Source of the DNA: Octopus bimaculoides
Taxonomy: Eukaryota
DNA length: 64,000 nt
Reading direction: 5' to 3'
Assembly (NCBI RefSeq): GCF_001194135.2
Contig: NC_068984.1
Span: 8,413,162 to 8,477,161 of the forward strand
Shown here: positions 1 to 12,710 of the stretch, piece after piece
How the letters are laid out: every line of letters starts with the position of its first letter
How positions within the stretch are numbered: the first letter of the stretch is position 1
Program-made: the position numbers and the translations under genes
Notes under the pieces: model-generated
What the model was told of the DNA's origin: nothing
The model's database searches: none
What the model saw: the letters and a program-made list of their open reading frames with translations, nothing else

Positions 1-329
1 ACCCTCTTAAAAAGCCATTCATTTATATACAAGAACATGTGGTTACTCATGACAAGAAGAAGAGCAACAACAATAATAAAGACGATGATGATGATGTAGA
101 TAATGATTATATTATAGAATAAGGAACGCTTTTCATTTGGAAAGAACGAGGTAAAAGTACATGCTATCATATTATATATATACATGCATGTATGTTTGAT
201 GTTAAAACGCTGACAGCTATGGTTTTCGGTATGGGGTAGATGATCCCTTTAGAAACGTATGTTGTTTAAAAAAAGTCTGGTCGATAATGTATATATATGA
301 TATATGATATATATATATATATATATATT

Positions 330-1260
330 ATAGATCACATGATATTGTATGACGCTAAATGACAAAGCAAGAACCAACTGGTCTCCTTAATGTAAAGTAT
401 AAGAATATTTAGTAACGCTATTGGGATGACCTTGGTATAGACAAAGCAGAGAAAACTCGTAAAAAGACGGGGACAGAGTTACCTAATGAAGGGAGTATAT
501 GATCATTAAATGTGGGAGGAATATATAAAATTATTAGATGCAGAAGAAACAGATCTCATCTCGTAATACTGGAAAAAAAGGATAAAACCAAATGTATAGA
601 AATTAAGGAAACCCTCTGTCGTGAATATTTTCCTAGAATCTGGAAGATATTAAAATAAAACTGAATGGATGAAGGGTGAGTGGAAGGACTTTGACAACGA
701 AAGGAGTGGACAGGTCAAAGCTTGCATACTGTATCTGATATGATCTGGTTACATGGGAAACGGACAAAAGGAAGAAGGTTAAAGTGTATCGAATGGATTG
801 TGAATTTGCTAAGACAAGTCCCTATCTATAAGAATAAGAAAACAATTTGCTTAAGAATGGAATAAGTGAATTGCTATTTTTATAACATGCAGATTACCTG
901 AAGGGAAGAATTTGATTTGTAATAAAGAGGAATCAAATACTAAGGAAAGAAGCTTCACACGGCGTCTTTTGAAGAGCACAAGGACAACGTTCTGTGGCTG
1001 GAGAAAGGTGAACTGCTGACGGAAACCGAGGGGAGACTCTTGGTATCTCAGAAAGGGACGTTATGATGAAACTGAATCAAGACCCTGATAGAAGAAGATT
1101 TCCAGAATATGCGATGATACACAGGAGACTATAATCTATATTAAATTAGAATGTCCATTGTTGGCTCAGAAGAAATACAAAAAAATGTTGTTATATGACT
1201 AATGCAATAATTGACTGGAATTATCGCAGGAAATTAGCGTGTTCATAGACAGAGACGTTA
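330..1260 (+). mobile_element. Degenerate non-LTR retrotransposon fragment (R4/Dong-like clade: RT end, thumb, CCHC knuckle)
   Basis: Frameshifted translation gives RIFSNAIGMT (402-431, RT motif like IFSxDIGMxFG), WLEKGELLTETEG (995-1033) and SRICDDTQETIIYIKLECPLLAQKKY (1101-1178, decayed CRxC..ET..H..C). Many stops. Confidence 0.75.
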
Positions 1261-2481
1261 TAATCATATTATGAGAAAGGAAATAAACTCATTTTGAGAA
1301 ATACACACAGTTAAGAACGTTTATTGAAAATAATTTTCCTGAGATGACGAAATTAGCATTAACAGTCTTTTATATTTGCCAGCAACCAGTAAAATATCTG
1401 TAATTATTGTCCTGAACTTAAAATTTAAATGAAAGATTTCTAACGTGAAGGCTGTCGTAATTATGATATATCCTTGTATAGAGACAGATAATAAAATTGT
1501 GTTACGAAGCTGTATTATTTTTTCATTTGTTGATCGTATTAGCAATTACAGCCTAGGCCGTGTGTCGGAGTAATATATCCATTGTTGATACTTTAGCGAC
1601 ACCAGTGTGAGAAACACAGGACGTCTCGCTTACTTCACGCAACTAATATCATATTTCGTGCTACTTCGTGCAACTTATATATATATTAATATGGTCAGTC
1701 AGTGCATTCTATCGCATATTGATTTCCATGTATTGAAAATACGGGCTAGGTATTGATTAGCATCTCAGTACTTCTTACCTAAACGAATCATTTGACTGTA
1801 ATCTCTCTTCTTAAGAATAAGAAACAAATGTTTATCTTTTCTTAAACTCTAGCCTTGATATTATAATATCAGAGAAGATATTACTGAAAGAAATCTTATG
1901 GTATTAAGCATGCAGCAACTCTTATAGTTTTCTAATACTTGATTTATCGATACAGTGTGAGTGAAAATTAACTGCACTGTGAACGGAAACCCCTAAAGGG
2001 AAGCAGCGAACACTAAATGAAATGACAGGACTCAGAGACTCAATTTCTTTGCAGCAGAAGAATTTCTATTTTAGTAAGATAGTTGAAGGTTATTCGCTTC
2101 AAATCAAGCAATGACGAGCGATTGGATTAGCATTGCTTATTTTATGCGCATCTACATACATACGTTTATGTAATCTGCATAACTCTTGGCGTGGTTTCTC
2201 ACCTCCGACATGTATTATATCATTACATATATATATATATATGTAATGAAATTTCTGAATATAATCAATTCTGTGTAATTAAATACTCTTGCGAAATAAA
2301 CCTACACTTCATTTCAGAGGCTTTTGGGAAGTTAGAGGATGTTGCACAAGTACTTCTTATAGCAGAAACAGCTGTAAGCTAATGAAGTTGATTATGTAAT
2401 GCTTGCTCCCTTGTTCATTAATTGATACCATACATCTATGGATATCATATACATATGTATTTCTCATATATATAGATATCC

Positions 2482-2671
2482 GTTTCAAATTTGACCACAA
2501 GACCCGCAATTTCGAGGGAGGAGGGGGTAAGTTGATTACATCGACTCCCAGAATTCAACTGGTATTTATTTTATCGACTCCGGAATGATGAAACGGAAAG
2601 TTGACCTCAGCGGGACTTGAACTCAGAACGTAAAGACGGACGAAATGTTGCTAAACATTTTCTCCGGCATC
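2482..2671 (-). mobile_element. SINE family A copy (head lost in gap)
   Basis: Reverse complement of the shared body GTTCTGAGTTCAA..GAGGTCAACTTT..CATC..GAGTCGATAAAATAAATACCAG with tail type ii (GTGGTCAAATTTGAAAC). Confidence 0.8.
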
Positions 2672-3007
2672 NNNNNNNNNNNNNNNNNNNNNNNNNNNNN
2701 NNNNNNNNNNNNNNNNNNNNNNNNNNNNNNNNNNNNNNNNNNNNNNNNNNNNNNNNNNNNNNNNNNNNNNNNNNNNNNNNNNNNNNNNNNNNNNNNNNNN
2801 NNNNNNNNNNNNNNNNNNNNNNNNNNNNNNNNNNNNNNNNNNNNNNNNNNNNNNNNNNNNNNNNNNNNNNNNNNNNNNNNNNNNNNNNNNNNNNNNNNNN
2901 NNNNNNNNNNNNNNNNNNNNNNNNNNNNNNNNNNNNNNNNNNNNNNNNNNNNNNNNNNNNNNNNNNNNNNNNNNNNNNNNNNNNNNNNNNNNNNNNNNNN
3001 NNNNNNN
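2672..3007. other. Assembly gap (first of 19 N-runs)
   Basis: N-runs, edges read by eye, at about 2672-3007, 6810-6819, 8397-9146, 11321-11977, 13975-14357, 16531-16975, 21284-21598, 24349-24892, 29438-30385, 30753-31455, 33980-33989, 35216-35575, 38506-38825, 39570-39815, 43051-43505, 49983-50079, 51605-51681, 53457-53622, 59564-60222. Confidence 0.97.
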
Positions 3008-3029
3008 TATATATATATATATATATATC

Positions 3030-3113
<84 letters not shown>

Positions 3114-3126
3114 CAGATAGATAGAT
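3008..3126. repeat. Compound microsatellite (AT)n-(AGAC)n-(AGAT)n
   Basis: Direct reading. Confidence 0.95.
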
Positions 3127-3822
3127 ATTGCACAGACTAATCATGGAAGCTCAGCAGGAAAGCTCATACAGTTAGAAATAGTAGCTAAATGTTCCATATA
3201 AAAACTCACCACTTTAAAAAATGGAAGGTCACATTCCTTTAAGTATGTGTCCGAAAAAACACTGGTTGGCCACGTCAGGAATATCAATGTTCATAGTCTA
3301 GGTCTGATCACTCAGGGTTAAACAAAGGCAAATCACGACAAACAACAGCTTAAGCAAAATGTTCTCAATATAGAAAATGGATTCGCGCGCATTCTGTATT
3401 GTAGCTCACTCCATTAGATCATTCACGCAAAAATATCCATGCACTCACCGGCAAGCGCACACATATGCACACATTACAGGATGTGCTTTTGTAACATCGT
3501 ATTGTTTCCTCAGAGCCACACACAAGCACGAACAAACACATGCACACACACAATATAGCCCCATTAATATAACATCACATGATGTCACGACCTACTTCTC
3601 TCTCAGTTCAACGGCAGCAAATGATAAACACAAACACGCCAGCTGTAGTGATAGTCCTAATAACAGCAGTATCGATACGAAGATAATGATTTGTAACACA
3701 AGTACGGAACTACAAATATGCGCGAGGTGGGAATGGGTGGGAGGTTATGGTAGAAATCGATTGCATTAATTGATTGGTACTTGAAATCGGAAGCCAGTAT
3801 TTGACTAACCCTTTGTAGTATG

Positions 3823-4060
3823 GGAAGCCGCGTAGTAAAGTGGTCAAGCTCTTGCACTTACGATCGCTAGATCGTGGATTCGATTCCCAGACCGGGCAGC
3901 GCGTGGTGTTCAGTTCAAGTCCCTCTTACAATCAGTGAGGAATGTTGAACTGTTCGCCTTGCCAGCGAGGTGGCATCAGTCAAACGCTAAAACGAGGCAA
4001 AGCGCATTGTGACCAGCGATATGTAAAATCTTCTGATAGTCTGATCAGTCATGTAATTAG
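3823..4060 (+). mobile_element. tRNA-derived SINE family D copy
   Basis: Head with A-box-like TAGTAAAGTGG and B-box GGATTCGATTCC. Tail GCATTGTGACCAGCGAT..TGATCAGTCATGTAAT is shared with the minus copy at 5415-5730. Confidence 0.65.
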
Positions 4061-4205
4061 CTGATCACTTTGTAGTTCAATATTTTACCGCAGGGAGAAG
4101 GACAGATGACGTTCCCCCTAGTGTGATTTGAACGCAGAGAGTAAAGAAAATATTACATTGTGTCGAGTCGAATGTTTTGCAATATTTAGGAAACATTTTT
4201 TTTAT

Positions 4206-4422
4206 GCGGTGAGCTGGCAGAATCGTTAGCACGCCGGGAGAAATGCTTAGTGGTATTTCGCCCGTCTTTACGTTCTGAGTTCAACTCCCACCGAGGTCGA
4301 CTTTGACTTTCATCCTCTCGGAGTCAATAAATTAAGTACCAGTAACGTACTGGGGTGGATCTAATCGACTGCCCCACCTCCCCAAAAATTTCGGGCCCTG
4401 TGCCTAGAGTACAAAAGAATAA
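4206..4422 (+). mobile_element. SINE family A, full-length, tail type i
   Basis: GGTGAGCTGGCAGAATCGTTAGCACGCCGGG head, B-box GAGTTCAACTCC, central GACTTTCATCCTCTCGGAGTCAATAAATTAAGTACCAG, tail GTGCCTAGAGTACAAAAGAAT. Confidence 0.85.
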
Positions 4423-4423
4423 T

Positions 4424-4570
4424 TTTACTTTCTGAATTCAAATTCAGCCGAGGTCAACCTAACTTTCGTCCTTTCGGAATCAATAATATAAATAACACTG
4501 GGGTCAACTTAATCGACTTACCCCTCCCCCAAACTTGCAGGCCTTGTGCTGAAATCTGAAGCCAATATTT
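4424..4570 (+). mobile_element. SINE family A, 5'-truncated, tail type ii, tandem to previous copy
   Basis: TTCTGAATTCAAATTCAGCCGAGGTCAAC... ending GGCCTTGTGCTGAAATCTGAAGCCAAT. Confidence 0.75.
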
Positions 4571-4593
4571 TGGTGATTTATTTGTTTTATTAC

Positions 4594-5008
4594 TCTTTTA
4601 CACTTTTGCTTGTTTCCTGATATTTGACTGCGGCCTTGCTGGAGCACCGCCTTTAGTCAAACAAACCAACTCCAGGACTTATTCTTCGGAAGCCTAGTAC
4701 TTATTCTATCGGTGCTTTTGTCGAAACGTTAAGTTACAGGGACGTAAACTCATCAACATCGGTGGTTAAGTGACTGTTGTCAAGCGATGGACAAACACAC
4801 ACAAAAATGCACATAAACACACACACACACATACACACATATATATATATATACGACAGGCTTCTTTCAGTTTCTGCCTACCAAATCCACCCACAAGGCT
4901 TTGGTCGGCCCGAGGCTATAGTAGCACTCACTTGCCCAAGGTGTCACGCAGTATGACTGAACCCGAATCATGTGGTTGAGAAGCAAGCTTCTTACCACAT
5001 AACCACTT
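4594..5008 (-). mobile_element. SINE family B (tRNA head, CORE-like CCTTGGGCAAGT, internal microsatellite, conserved 3' half)
   Basis: Reverse complement of the family consensus seen intact at 41488-41905 and 46527-47013. Internal (CA)n(TA)n at about 4795-4852. Confidence 0.9.
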
Positions 5009-5034
5009 CAAATTATAACAAATGCACCCAAGCG

Positions 5035-5208
5035 TTCAAAGGAGAGGCCATCGTGTTGCACCGTCCGGAACCATCTTTTTTCTGCTAGTTCTTTGATCTC
5101 ATACTGATACGAGCTCTTGACCTTCAAGGTAAACTACTCCTTCACTGAAGTTTTTAACTCCTCTTGGGTGATGAAGCGTTGTTAGCGAAGGAAATGAGCC
5201 AAAGACCT
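5035..5208 (-). mobile_element. Mariner transposase C-terminal relic
   Basis: One frame reads RSLAHFLR*QRFITQEELKTSVKE*FTLKVKSSYQYEIKELAEKRWFRTVQHDGLSFE. This matches the mariner C-terminus pattern (LxGxRF..EEVK..V.EWF...I..L..RW..V...G.YFE). Confidence 0.7.
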
Positions 5209-5414
5209 GACTCAACACAATAATACCAAATAATTTTTTTGCTCGCCATCTTGTACGCTAGCTTATTCTATGCTTCTGTTTCCATTAACTGTTATTTACA
5301 ACAACAAAATAAAAACAACATAACAATTATAAGAGGTTATCAAATGCGTCGCAAATGCCGTTGTCCAGAAATGATACAACGTTAAACGGAAATATTCCAA
5401 ACGCATGTTAACTA

Positions 5415-5730
5415 AAGCGAAATGTGATCACGTGATTACATGATCGAACTGAATATCGGATGCTGATATTGATCGCTGATCACAATGTACTTTGCATCGT
5501 TTTAGCTTTCGAATGATGCCACCCCGCTGGTTGGGCGAGCAAGTTGAGATTCCCTCCGGTCTGAAGACTAGTCCGTCACAGGGTAACCCTTTTATAGGTG
5601 AGTGGACAGAAGCTACCTGAAATTAGATGTTTTTCTCAAGTACACAACGCACTGCTCACTCCGGGAATCGAACCCACGACCGCCAGATCTTCAATGCGAT
5701 ACAATAACAACTGGGTGATGCGCCTTCACA
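5415..5730 (-). mobile_element. tRNA-derived SINE family D copy
   Basis: Minus strand has B-box GGGTTCGATTCC (5667-5678) and the tail homologous to 3990-4060. Confidence 0.65.
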
Positions 5731-6019
5731 AAATGAAATGTCCTCCAAAAACCTTACATTCCACAGTAAAGTTTCAACGCCTTTCAAGTATGATTCTTTT
5801 AGCCTTACCTGTTCTGCCAAAACACACAGAACGCCACAAGAATTATTTTGACACGTTACTCTCAATTGTTTATCGTAACAATTGTTTCTACTCTCAAACA
5901 TTTTTGCGTTTCAAATGTTTTGCTGAGTCTAAATAACGCAGTATGTTTTTTGTAATTGCAATAATGCTTGGCAAAAATTAACAATTTGTGAACTCCATGA
6001 GTTTTCTACCGATCATATG

Positions 6020-6240
6020 CAGTAATCTCTTGCCATATCGTGGTTCACCTGTCGCAGTTTATTATTTAAGCTTATGTCGAATCCTCCGTGATGTTTTGAA
6101 TTTATAATAAAGTAAATATATACAAATTATAAAAATAAACTTTAAAATATATACAGTAGAGTACTGTGTTTACTTCGCGGAATTTCACTTATCACGGAGT
6201 TTTTTGGAACGTAACACCCGCGATAGTCGAGAGCTCACGG
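6020..6240. mobile_element. Tigger/pogo-like MITE
   Basis: Left end CAGTAATCTCTTGCCATATCGTGG versus reverse complement of right end CCGTGAGCTCTCGACTATCGCGG. TA flank on the right, TG on the left. Subterminal GGAACGTAACACCCGCG typical of Tigger-like ends. Confidence 0.6.
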
Positions 6241-6267
6241 TATTGCCACAGATGAATGGTAGGTTAG

Positions 6268-6465
6268 GGAAAGCGCGTGGCTTAGTGGTTAGGGTATTCG
6301 GTGCATGATCCAAAGGTCGTGGTCTCGATTCCCGACGGTGCGATGTGTCCTAGAGCAAGTAATTTTATTTCACATTGCTACAGTCCATTCAGCTTGTAAA
6401 ATGAGCTGTACATGTATTTCAAAAGAGCCAGTCGTTTCACAATGTGTGTCACGCTGAATCTTCCA
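6268..6465 (+). mobile_element. tRNA-derived SINE fragment (related to families C/D)
   Basis: GCGCGTGGCTTAGTGGTTAGGG A-box, GGTCTCGATTCC B-box, and TGTGTCACGCTGAATCT shared with family C. Confidence 0.6.
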
Positions 6466-6743
6466 TTATTGATTGGATGAAGGGTGAGTGGAAGCACTCA
6501 CTTCTCAGTTCATTTCAGCAGACTCTACTAAAATGAACTGATATGTCGGCATATAACATCTGAAGGTACATCTTTTTCTGTGATAAAATTATTCTCATGT
6601 CATGTAAATGCAAATTTAATGGACAAATTTGTAATTGAATTATTGAGTATTAATTGAAACGGCTGTAAGAAATAAAGATGACCAATTTGTTAATAATAAA
6701 TAATTGTTAACTTCCTAATCTCCATTTTCTTTTTACATTTAAC

Positions 6744-6762
6744 TAGATACACACACACTCAC

Positions 6763-6797
<35 letters not shown>

Positions 6798-6822
6798 CGC
6801 ACACACACANNNNNNNNNNCAC

Positions 6823-6857
<35 letters not shown>

Positions 6858-6859
6858 CG

Positions 6860-6892
<33 letters not shown>

Positions 6893-7053
6893 TCGACTGT
6901 CTTCGTTAAGTTTCCGTCAGACAAATTCACTCACAAGACTTTGGACTGCTCGGGGATAGTGTCTAATGCACTTGCCCAAGAAATCACGCAGTCGGATTAA
7001 ACAAGAAACCATACGGCTGGGAAGCCATCTTCAACATAGCCACGCCTGCACCT
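6744..7053 (-). mobile_element. SINE B 5' half with expanded (CA)n
   Basis: 6893-7053 matches the family B 5' half. 6744-6892 is (CA)n split by a 10-N gap. Confidence 0.7.
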
Positions 7054-10000
7054 GTTATAGCCAGTCACAAAATAGTACAGAATAATACACCAACTATAGA
7101 TAATTAGAAAACAATAATCTATATTCTGTCGATGACAGTGTGCATAAATCACTTCCCATGCAACTCCAAAGTATCTTTAACTTCACCAAATTGCTACTTC
7201 ACATCTCATAAAACATTTCAGACACTATACATGATTTTATTTATAATTAGCAATCAAAATGTAATCTGCCACAACAACGTCAGCAAGATTATATATGAGT
7301 TGTTGCATTTTACTGTATATTGAGGTGATCGTCAGACATCACGAAAGCATCTAGTTTGTTAAATGGTGTGGAAAGAGAGGCTCTTCATTATAAGATTTTG
7401 ATGTCAAAAATTATCTTTGGGAAATTTTCACTCATGTTCGTTTCTCAGTCAACCTCAATAAAGTACATGCTAATCAGTCCCGTTACTATCTGTACAGGCA
7501 GTTGAGCGCTGCAAGTGTACGGTTATGCTCTAAATGCTTCTATTTCATGATCTGTCCTTTCTGTCGAAAGACTGTCTTTCTTTTCAAGATACTTTTAACT
7601 AGTGTAAACAGATCCGCTAGCAACCACGAAAATAGTGAGGCAGCTTTTAAATTAGATATATAACGCGGATAGTGAAAGTTTAGCTAATTAATTATATAAT
7701 TCTAACACTGTCAAAGATAAATGACATTTGTCTTAAAAATTTAGAATATTTAAGTAATAAGAATTTACAAATTTATTGCATTCATCACTGTTTTATATTA
7801 TTTATTAACTTAAAGGAAGATAGCAATGCATATATTGTGTAAAAGCAACAGAAATCTAAAACGAATTTACAATTTGAATACATTACCGGTAAACGCAGTT
7901 TGTGATTGATTAGACATGTTTTAAATTATGTATATTTAGAAATATTTCAGATCCCTAAACTAACTCTCTAGTGAATATCTATGGTTCAGGTTAGAGAAAC
8001 AGAAAAAAAAAAGACGGATTCATATTCATTTAGATCTCCATCGCTCAACAGAGAAGATTTATGTTTATCTCAGTTTTAGCAGAAGCAGCAAGGAAGTAAA
8101 GCGTGATAGAGATAGAAATCTGTCTGTCTTTTTGCATTCTTTGACATGTATAGGCACCGCGGAACTAAAATATTGATGGAGCAAACTGAATGCTATATAT
8201 TTTATATTACAAAATAACTGCATTGATATATTCACAAGCCCCAACTTTATATCAATATCAATATTTATGTATATATAAATGTATATACATATATATGTGC
8301 GTCTGTGTGTGTGTGTGCGCGCGCGCGTCTGTGTATGTGTGTGGGTGTGTGTGTGTGTGTATTCTTATACATTTCAGCCCAAAGCTTGTGGTCATANNNN
8401 NNNNNNNNNNNNNNNNNNNNNNNNNNNNNNNNNNNNNNNNNNNNNNNNNNNNNNNNNNNNNNNNNNNNNNNNNNNNNNNNNNNNNNNNNNNNNNNNNNNN
8501 NNNNNNNNNNNNNNNNNNNNNNNNNNNNNNNNNNNNNNNNNNNNNNNNNNNNNNNNNNNNNNNNNNNNNNNNNNNNNNNNNNNNNNNNNNNNNNNNNNNN
8601 NNNNNNNNNNNNNNNNNNNNNNNNNNNNNNNNNNNNNNNNNNNNNNNNNNNNNNNNNNNNNNNNNNNNNNNNNNNNNNNNNNNNNNNNNNNNNNNNNNNN
8701 NNNNNNNNNNNNNNNNNNNNNNNNNNNNNNNNNNNNNNNNNNNNNNNNNNNNNNNNNNNNNNNNNNNNNNNNNNNNNNNNNNNNNNNNNNNNNNNNNNNN
8801 NNNNNNNNNNNNNNNNNNNNNNNNNNNNNNNNNNNNNNNNNNNNNNNNNNNNNNNNNNNNNNNNNNNNNNNNNNNNNNNNNNNNNNNNNNNNNNNNNNNN
8901 NNNNNNNNNNNNNNNNNNNNNNNNNNNNNNNNNNNNNNNNNNNNNNNNNNNNNNNNNNNNNNNNNNNNNNNNNNNNNNNNNNNNNNNNNNNNNNNNNNNN
9001 NNNNNNNNNNNNNNNNNNNNNNNNNNNNNNNNNNNNNNNNNNNNNNNNNNNNNNNNNNNNNNNNNNNNNNNNNNNNNNNNNNNNNNNNNNNNNNNNNNNN
9101 NNNNNNNNNNNNNNNNNNNNNNNNNNNNNNNNNNNNNNNNNNNNNATATATACATATATATAAGCACATGCACACACACATATACGCACACGCTTATATA
9201 CACCCACATACATACACATACATGAATGAACATTAGAGAATGATTGCTTCATGAAAGGAATACAGCGATCTACTTGTATGCAAATTGTTTAGTTAAATAT
9301 GTAATTTTGATGCAACGGAAACAACAGATCATGAGTCAGTTATTTCGCAGTTAATGAGAAATCGATCAGATTTTGCTCATTGTAAATCTGAAATAACATC
9401 TGAAAGAACACAACTTCCAGTATGTCATTGTGGCTAAGACGGCTACATGAGGAAAAAGGTTTGCTGAGGAAAAAATTATATATTTTTGCGTTTATATTTG
9501 AAACTAAGAAATGGATAAATAAAAGAGAGATTGTTATCAATAAGGAAAATGAAAACTCTTTATAAAATAAGGGGAAGGGCTGGAGGATGAGGCAGGGAAA
9601 ACGAAAAAATAATAGAGAGATAAGTAATACAAGTTGGTGTAAAAATAAAATCAATCAATGTTAATGCAATGGACACAAGCTTTATATATTTGCTATACAT
9701 ATATGATACAAAAGTAATGTACTCAGTCGAAAAGGAACTATTCTCTACTGTACCGAGATAGACGTTGCTAGGGTATCTGTTTAGTCTTGTCGAGGAATTA
9801 TGAAACTGTTATGCAATAAGTGCTTCCCAAAACATCTACATTTTATGAAAATCTCAGAATACGATGAAAGTCGAAAGGCAATTAAATAGACATTAAACAA
9901 AGGTTGAATTCTTCAGCTGTGCAGAAACTACATCTTACATTTCCAATATTGTAAAATCCCAATCTTTCATTTGTTGTTGTCTCTGGAGCGTTTATTTTGA

Positions 10001-10079
10001 TTGCCAAATGTATGGAGACAATTTAGTCGTATTCCTCATTTAAGATCTTTTAAACTGCAACCCCGTTCTACGATACTAC

Positions 10080-10650
10080 ATTGTTTACATTATTTGTCCT
10101 CATCGTGTTTGTTGTTAATACAACGTTTCGACTGATATATTGGAGAATTTCGAATATGGGTTCACATTCCTAATGTATTTTTCGATGTTATCATTATTAT
10201 TATCATTATTATTCAGGACACTCCCTGGAATTCAACTCAGAATGTTGGGGTTAGTAGCCCGCGCTCTTAACCACTACGCCATAAGCCCGAGGGTAATTAT
10301 GGAATGAATTTTAGGTCTTATAAATCATATATTCTCCTATCCTTCCTTAATACCTGTTATCATATACTACCCATGTCTGTACTAGGTCTGCTTAGGAGGT
10401 AGTTGTGTTCTAGCATATGTGCTGCTTCTTTTAGTTTTCGTATTTTCTAGTGGTGTTCTCTATCTGTTATTTAAACTTCATCCCACAGGGGGAGGTTTTC
10501 TCCATCAAATATAAATAATTTACATAATTCCTCAACTCTTACATATAGAACTGTATCTCGACACTAGTTCAAACTTTGTTTTCTAGAAGTTTCTACTTAA
10601 TCACATGAAGTGTTTTGCATTAGGAAATATACTGAGTGGACATCTTCTAA
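10080..10650 (-). mobile_element. Penelope-like element 3' remnant (GIY-YIG endonuclease C-terminus, tRNA-like segment, pLTR piece)
   Basis: 10506-10340 minus reads DGENLPLWDEV*ITDREHH*KIRKLKEAAHMLEHNYLLSRPSTDMGSI, a pattern I recognise from Penelope GIY-YIG C-termini. Followed by a tRNA-like segment, (AAT)n and CAGTCGAAACGTTG. Confidence 0.65.
10214..10288 (-). ncRNA. tRNA-like (Pol III promoter) segment, not a functional tRNA
   Basis: GGGCTTATGGCGTAGTGGTTAAGAGCGCGGGCTACTAACCCCAACATTCTGAGTTGAATTCCAGG: A-box, anticodon stem-loop GGG-CTACTAA-CCC, decayed B-box. Confidence 0.6.
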
Positions 10651-10953
10651 TGTCTCTGCACGGTTAACAAGCTACAGAGAGAGCATCTACACCCGTCTTT
10701 CTTAAGTAATGCATATATAAATGCATATATACTGTCTACTGTTCTGTGATGAGGGGGCTTAGTACAGAAAAAAAAAGTCCTCCTGCTACCGAGAGATAAA
10801 GATTATTAAATAAAGACATGTAAGTTATTCTAGGGTTCATGGTTTTATAGTAATTAGACGAAATTGTGTAGCGTACTGTGTAGTAGCATGCAAGCTTTTA
10901 GGCTATACCTACGTGTGTATAGATAGATAGACGCATATATATATATATATGCA

Positions 10954-11320
10954 CTTTTGCTCTTTTGCTTGTTTCAGTCATTTGAGTGCGGCTATGCTCT
11001 GGAGCACCACCTTTAGTCGAGCAAATCGACCCCAGAACTAATTATATCGGTCACTTTTGCCGAACCGCTATGTTACGGTGACGTTAACACACCAGCATCG
11101 GTTGTCAAGTGATGTTGGAGGGAACAAACACAGACACACAAACATATACACACACCTACATATATATTTACATATATACAACGGGCTTCTTTCAGTTTCC
11201 GTCTACCAAATCCACTCACAAGGCTTTGGTCGTTCCGAGGCCATAGTAGAAGACACATCTCCAAGATGCCACGCAGTGGGACGGAACCGTGCAGTTGGTA
11301 AGCAAGCTACGTACCACACA
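10954..11320 (-). mobile_element. SINE B, near full-length (head runs into gap)
   Basis: Both halves match the family consensus. Confidence 0.9.
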
Positions 11321-12429
11321 NNNNNNNNNNNNNNNNNNNNNNNNNNNNNNNNNNNNNNNNNNNNNNNNNNNNNNNNNNNNNNNNNNNNNNNNNNNNNNNN
11401 NNNNNNNNNNNNNNNNNNNNNNNNNNNNNNNNNNNNNNNNNNNNNNNNNNNNNNNNNNNNNNNNNNNNNNNNNNNNNNNNNNNNNNNNNNNNNNNNNNNN
11501 NNNNNNNNNNNNNNNNNNNNNNNNNNNNNNNNNNNNNNNNNNNNNNNNNNNNNNNNNNNNNNNNNNNNNNNNNNNNNNNNNNNNNNNNNNNNNNNNNNNN
11601 NNNNNNNNNNNNNNNNNNNNNNNNNNNNNNNNNNNNNNNNNNNNNNNNNNNNNNNNNNNNNNNNNNNNNNNNNNNNNNNNNNNNNNNNNNNNNNNNNNNN
11701 NNNNNNNNNNNNNNNNNNNNNNNNNNNNNNNNNNNNNNNNNNNNNNNNNNNNNNNNNNNNNNNNNNNNNNNNNNNNNNNNNNNNNNNNNNNNNNNNNNNN
11801 NNNNNNNNNNNNNNNNNNNNNNNNNNNNNNNNNNNNNNNNNNNNNNNNNNNNNNNNNNNNNNNNNNNNNNNNNNNNNNNNNNNNNNNNNNNNNNNNNNNN
11901 NNNNNNNNNNNNNNNNNNNNNNNNNNNNNNNNNNNNNNNNNNNNNNNNNNNNNNNNNNNNNNNNNNNNNNNNNNNNNTATGTTCCTTTTACACATAAAGA
12001 TGTCTTCAAATAAGAAAAAAATGCAACGATTCAAACATAATGGTACCAAGAGAGAAGGGGAATATATATTGAGAGAAAGAAATACAGAGAAAGAGAGGTA
12101 TATGAATAGTGTGAGGGGGAGTAACATACGAACGCATCGGCAACTAGAGAGGGAGAACGAACCTATGAGTGAGAATGTAAGTGTGAGAAGGTCTCATAGA
12201 TAGAAAGTGCGTTTGTACGCAGAAAGCAAAGAGAAGTGAATGCGTAATGAATGAATTCTTCCACGAAAAGATGTTTTAGAAATTTCCCAAAGACATTTAA
12301 AGTCTGTTGCTGTTTATGTTGTTGTTGATGTGGTTGTCTAGTCTCGAGTTAATACTCATCGAGATTAACAACAGCGAATATCTTTCTATCTGAGACTATC
12401 CCGTGTCTTGTTATTCCACGTATATTTTA

Positions 12430-12710
12430 CTCATCACCTTCATCATCAACTTTTAACGTTCACTTCTTTCTATATGCAAGAATCGAACGCATCTTATGGA
12501 GATATATTTTCTTTGACCGGATGCTCTTCCTGTCAACTAACTCCACCTGTTTCCAAGCAAAGTTTCGCATGTAAAGTCCACTCACAATGTTTTGGGTGTC
12601 TCATGGGGTTATAGACAAAGCTTCTAACCAAAAGTGCAATGTTGAGAGGTTGAGCCTAAAACTATGTCGCTAGGGTACAACATGTTCAACCATAGAGTCA
12701 CGCGTGCAAC
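12430..12710 (-). mobile_element. Old, highly diverged SINE fragments (B-like 5' half plus another repeat)
   Basis: 12560-12710 has GTCCACTCACAATG..TTGAGCCTAAAACTATG resembling the B 5' half. 12430-12560 is unassigned. Confidence 0.4.

Noticed and set aside
1548-1755. Possible TIR pair CCTAGGCCGTG / CCTAGCCCGTA
   Set aside because: Match is only about 11 bp with mismatches, and no TSD was found.
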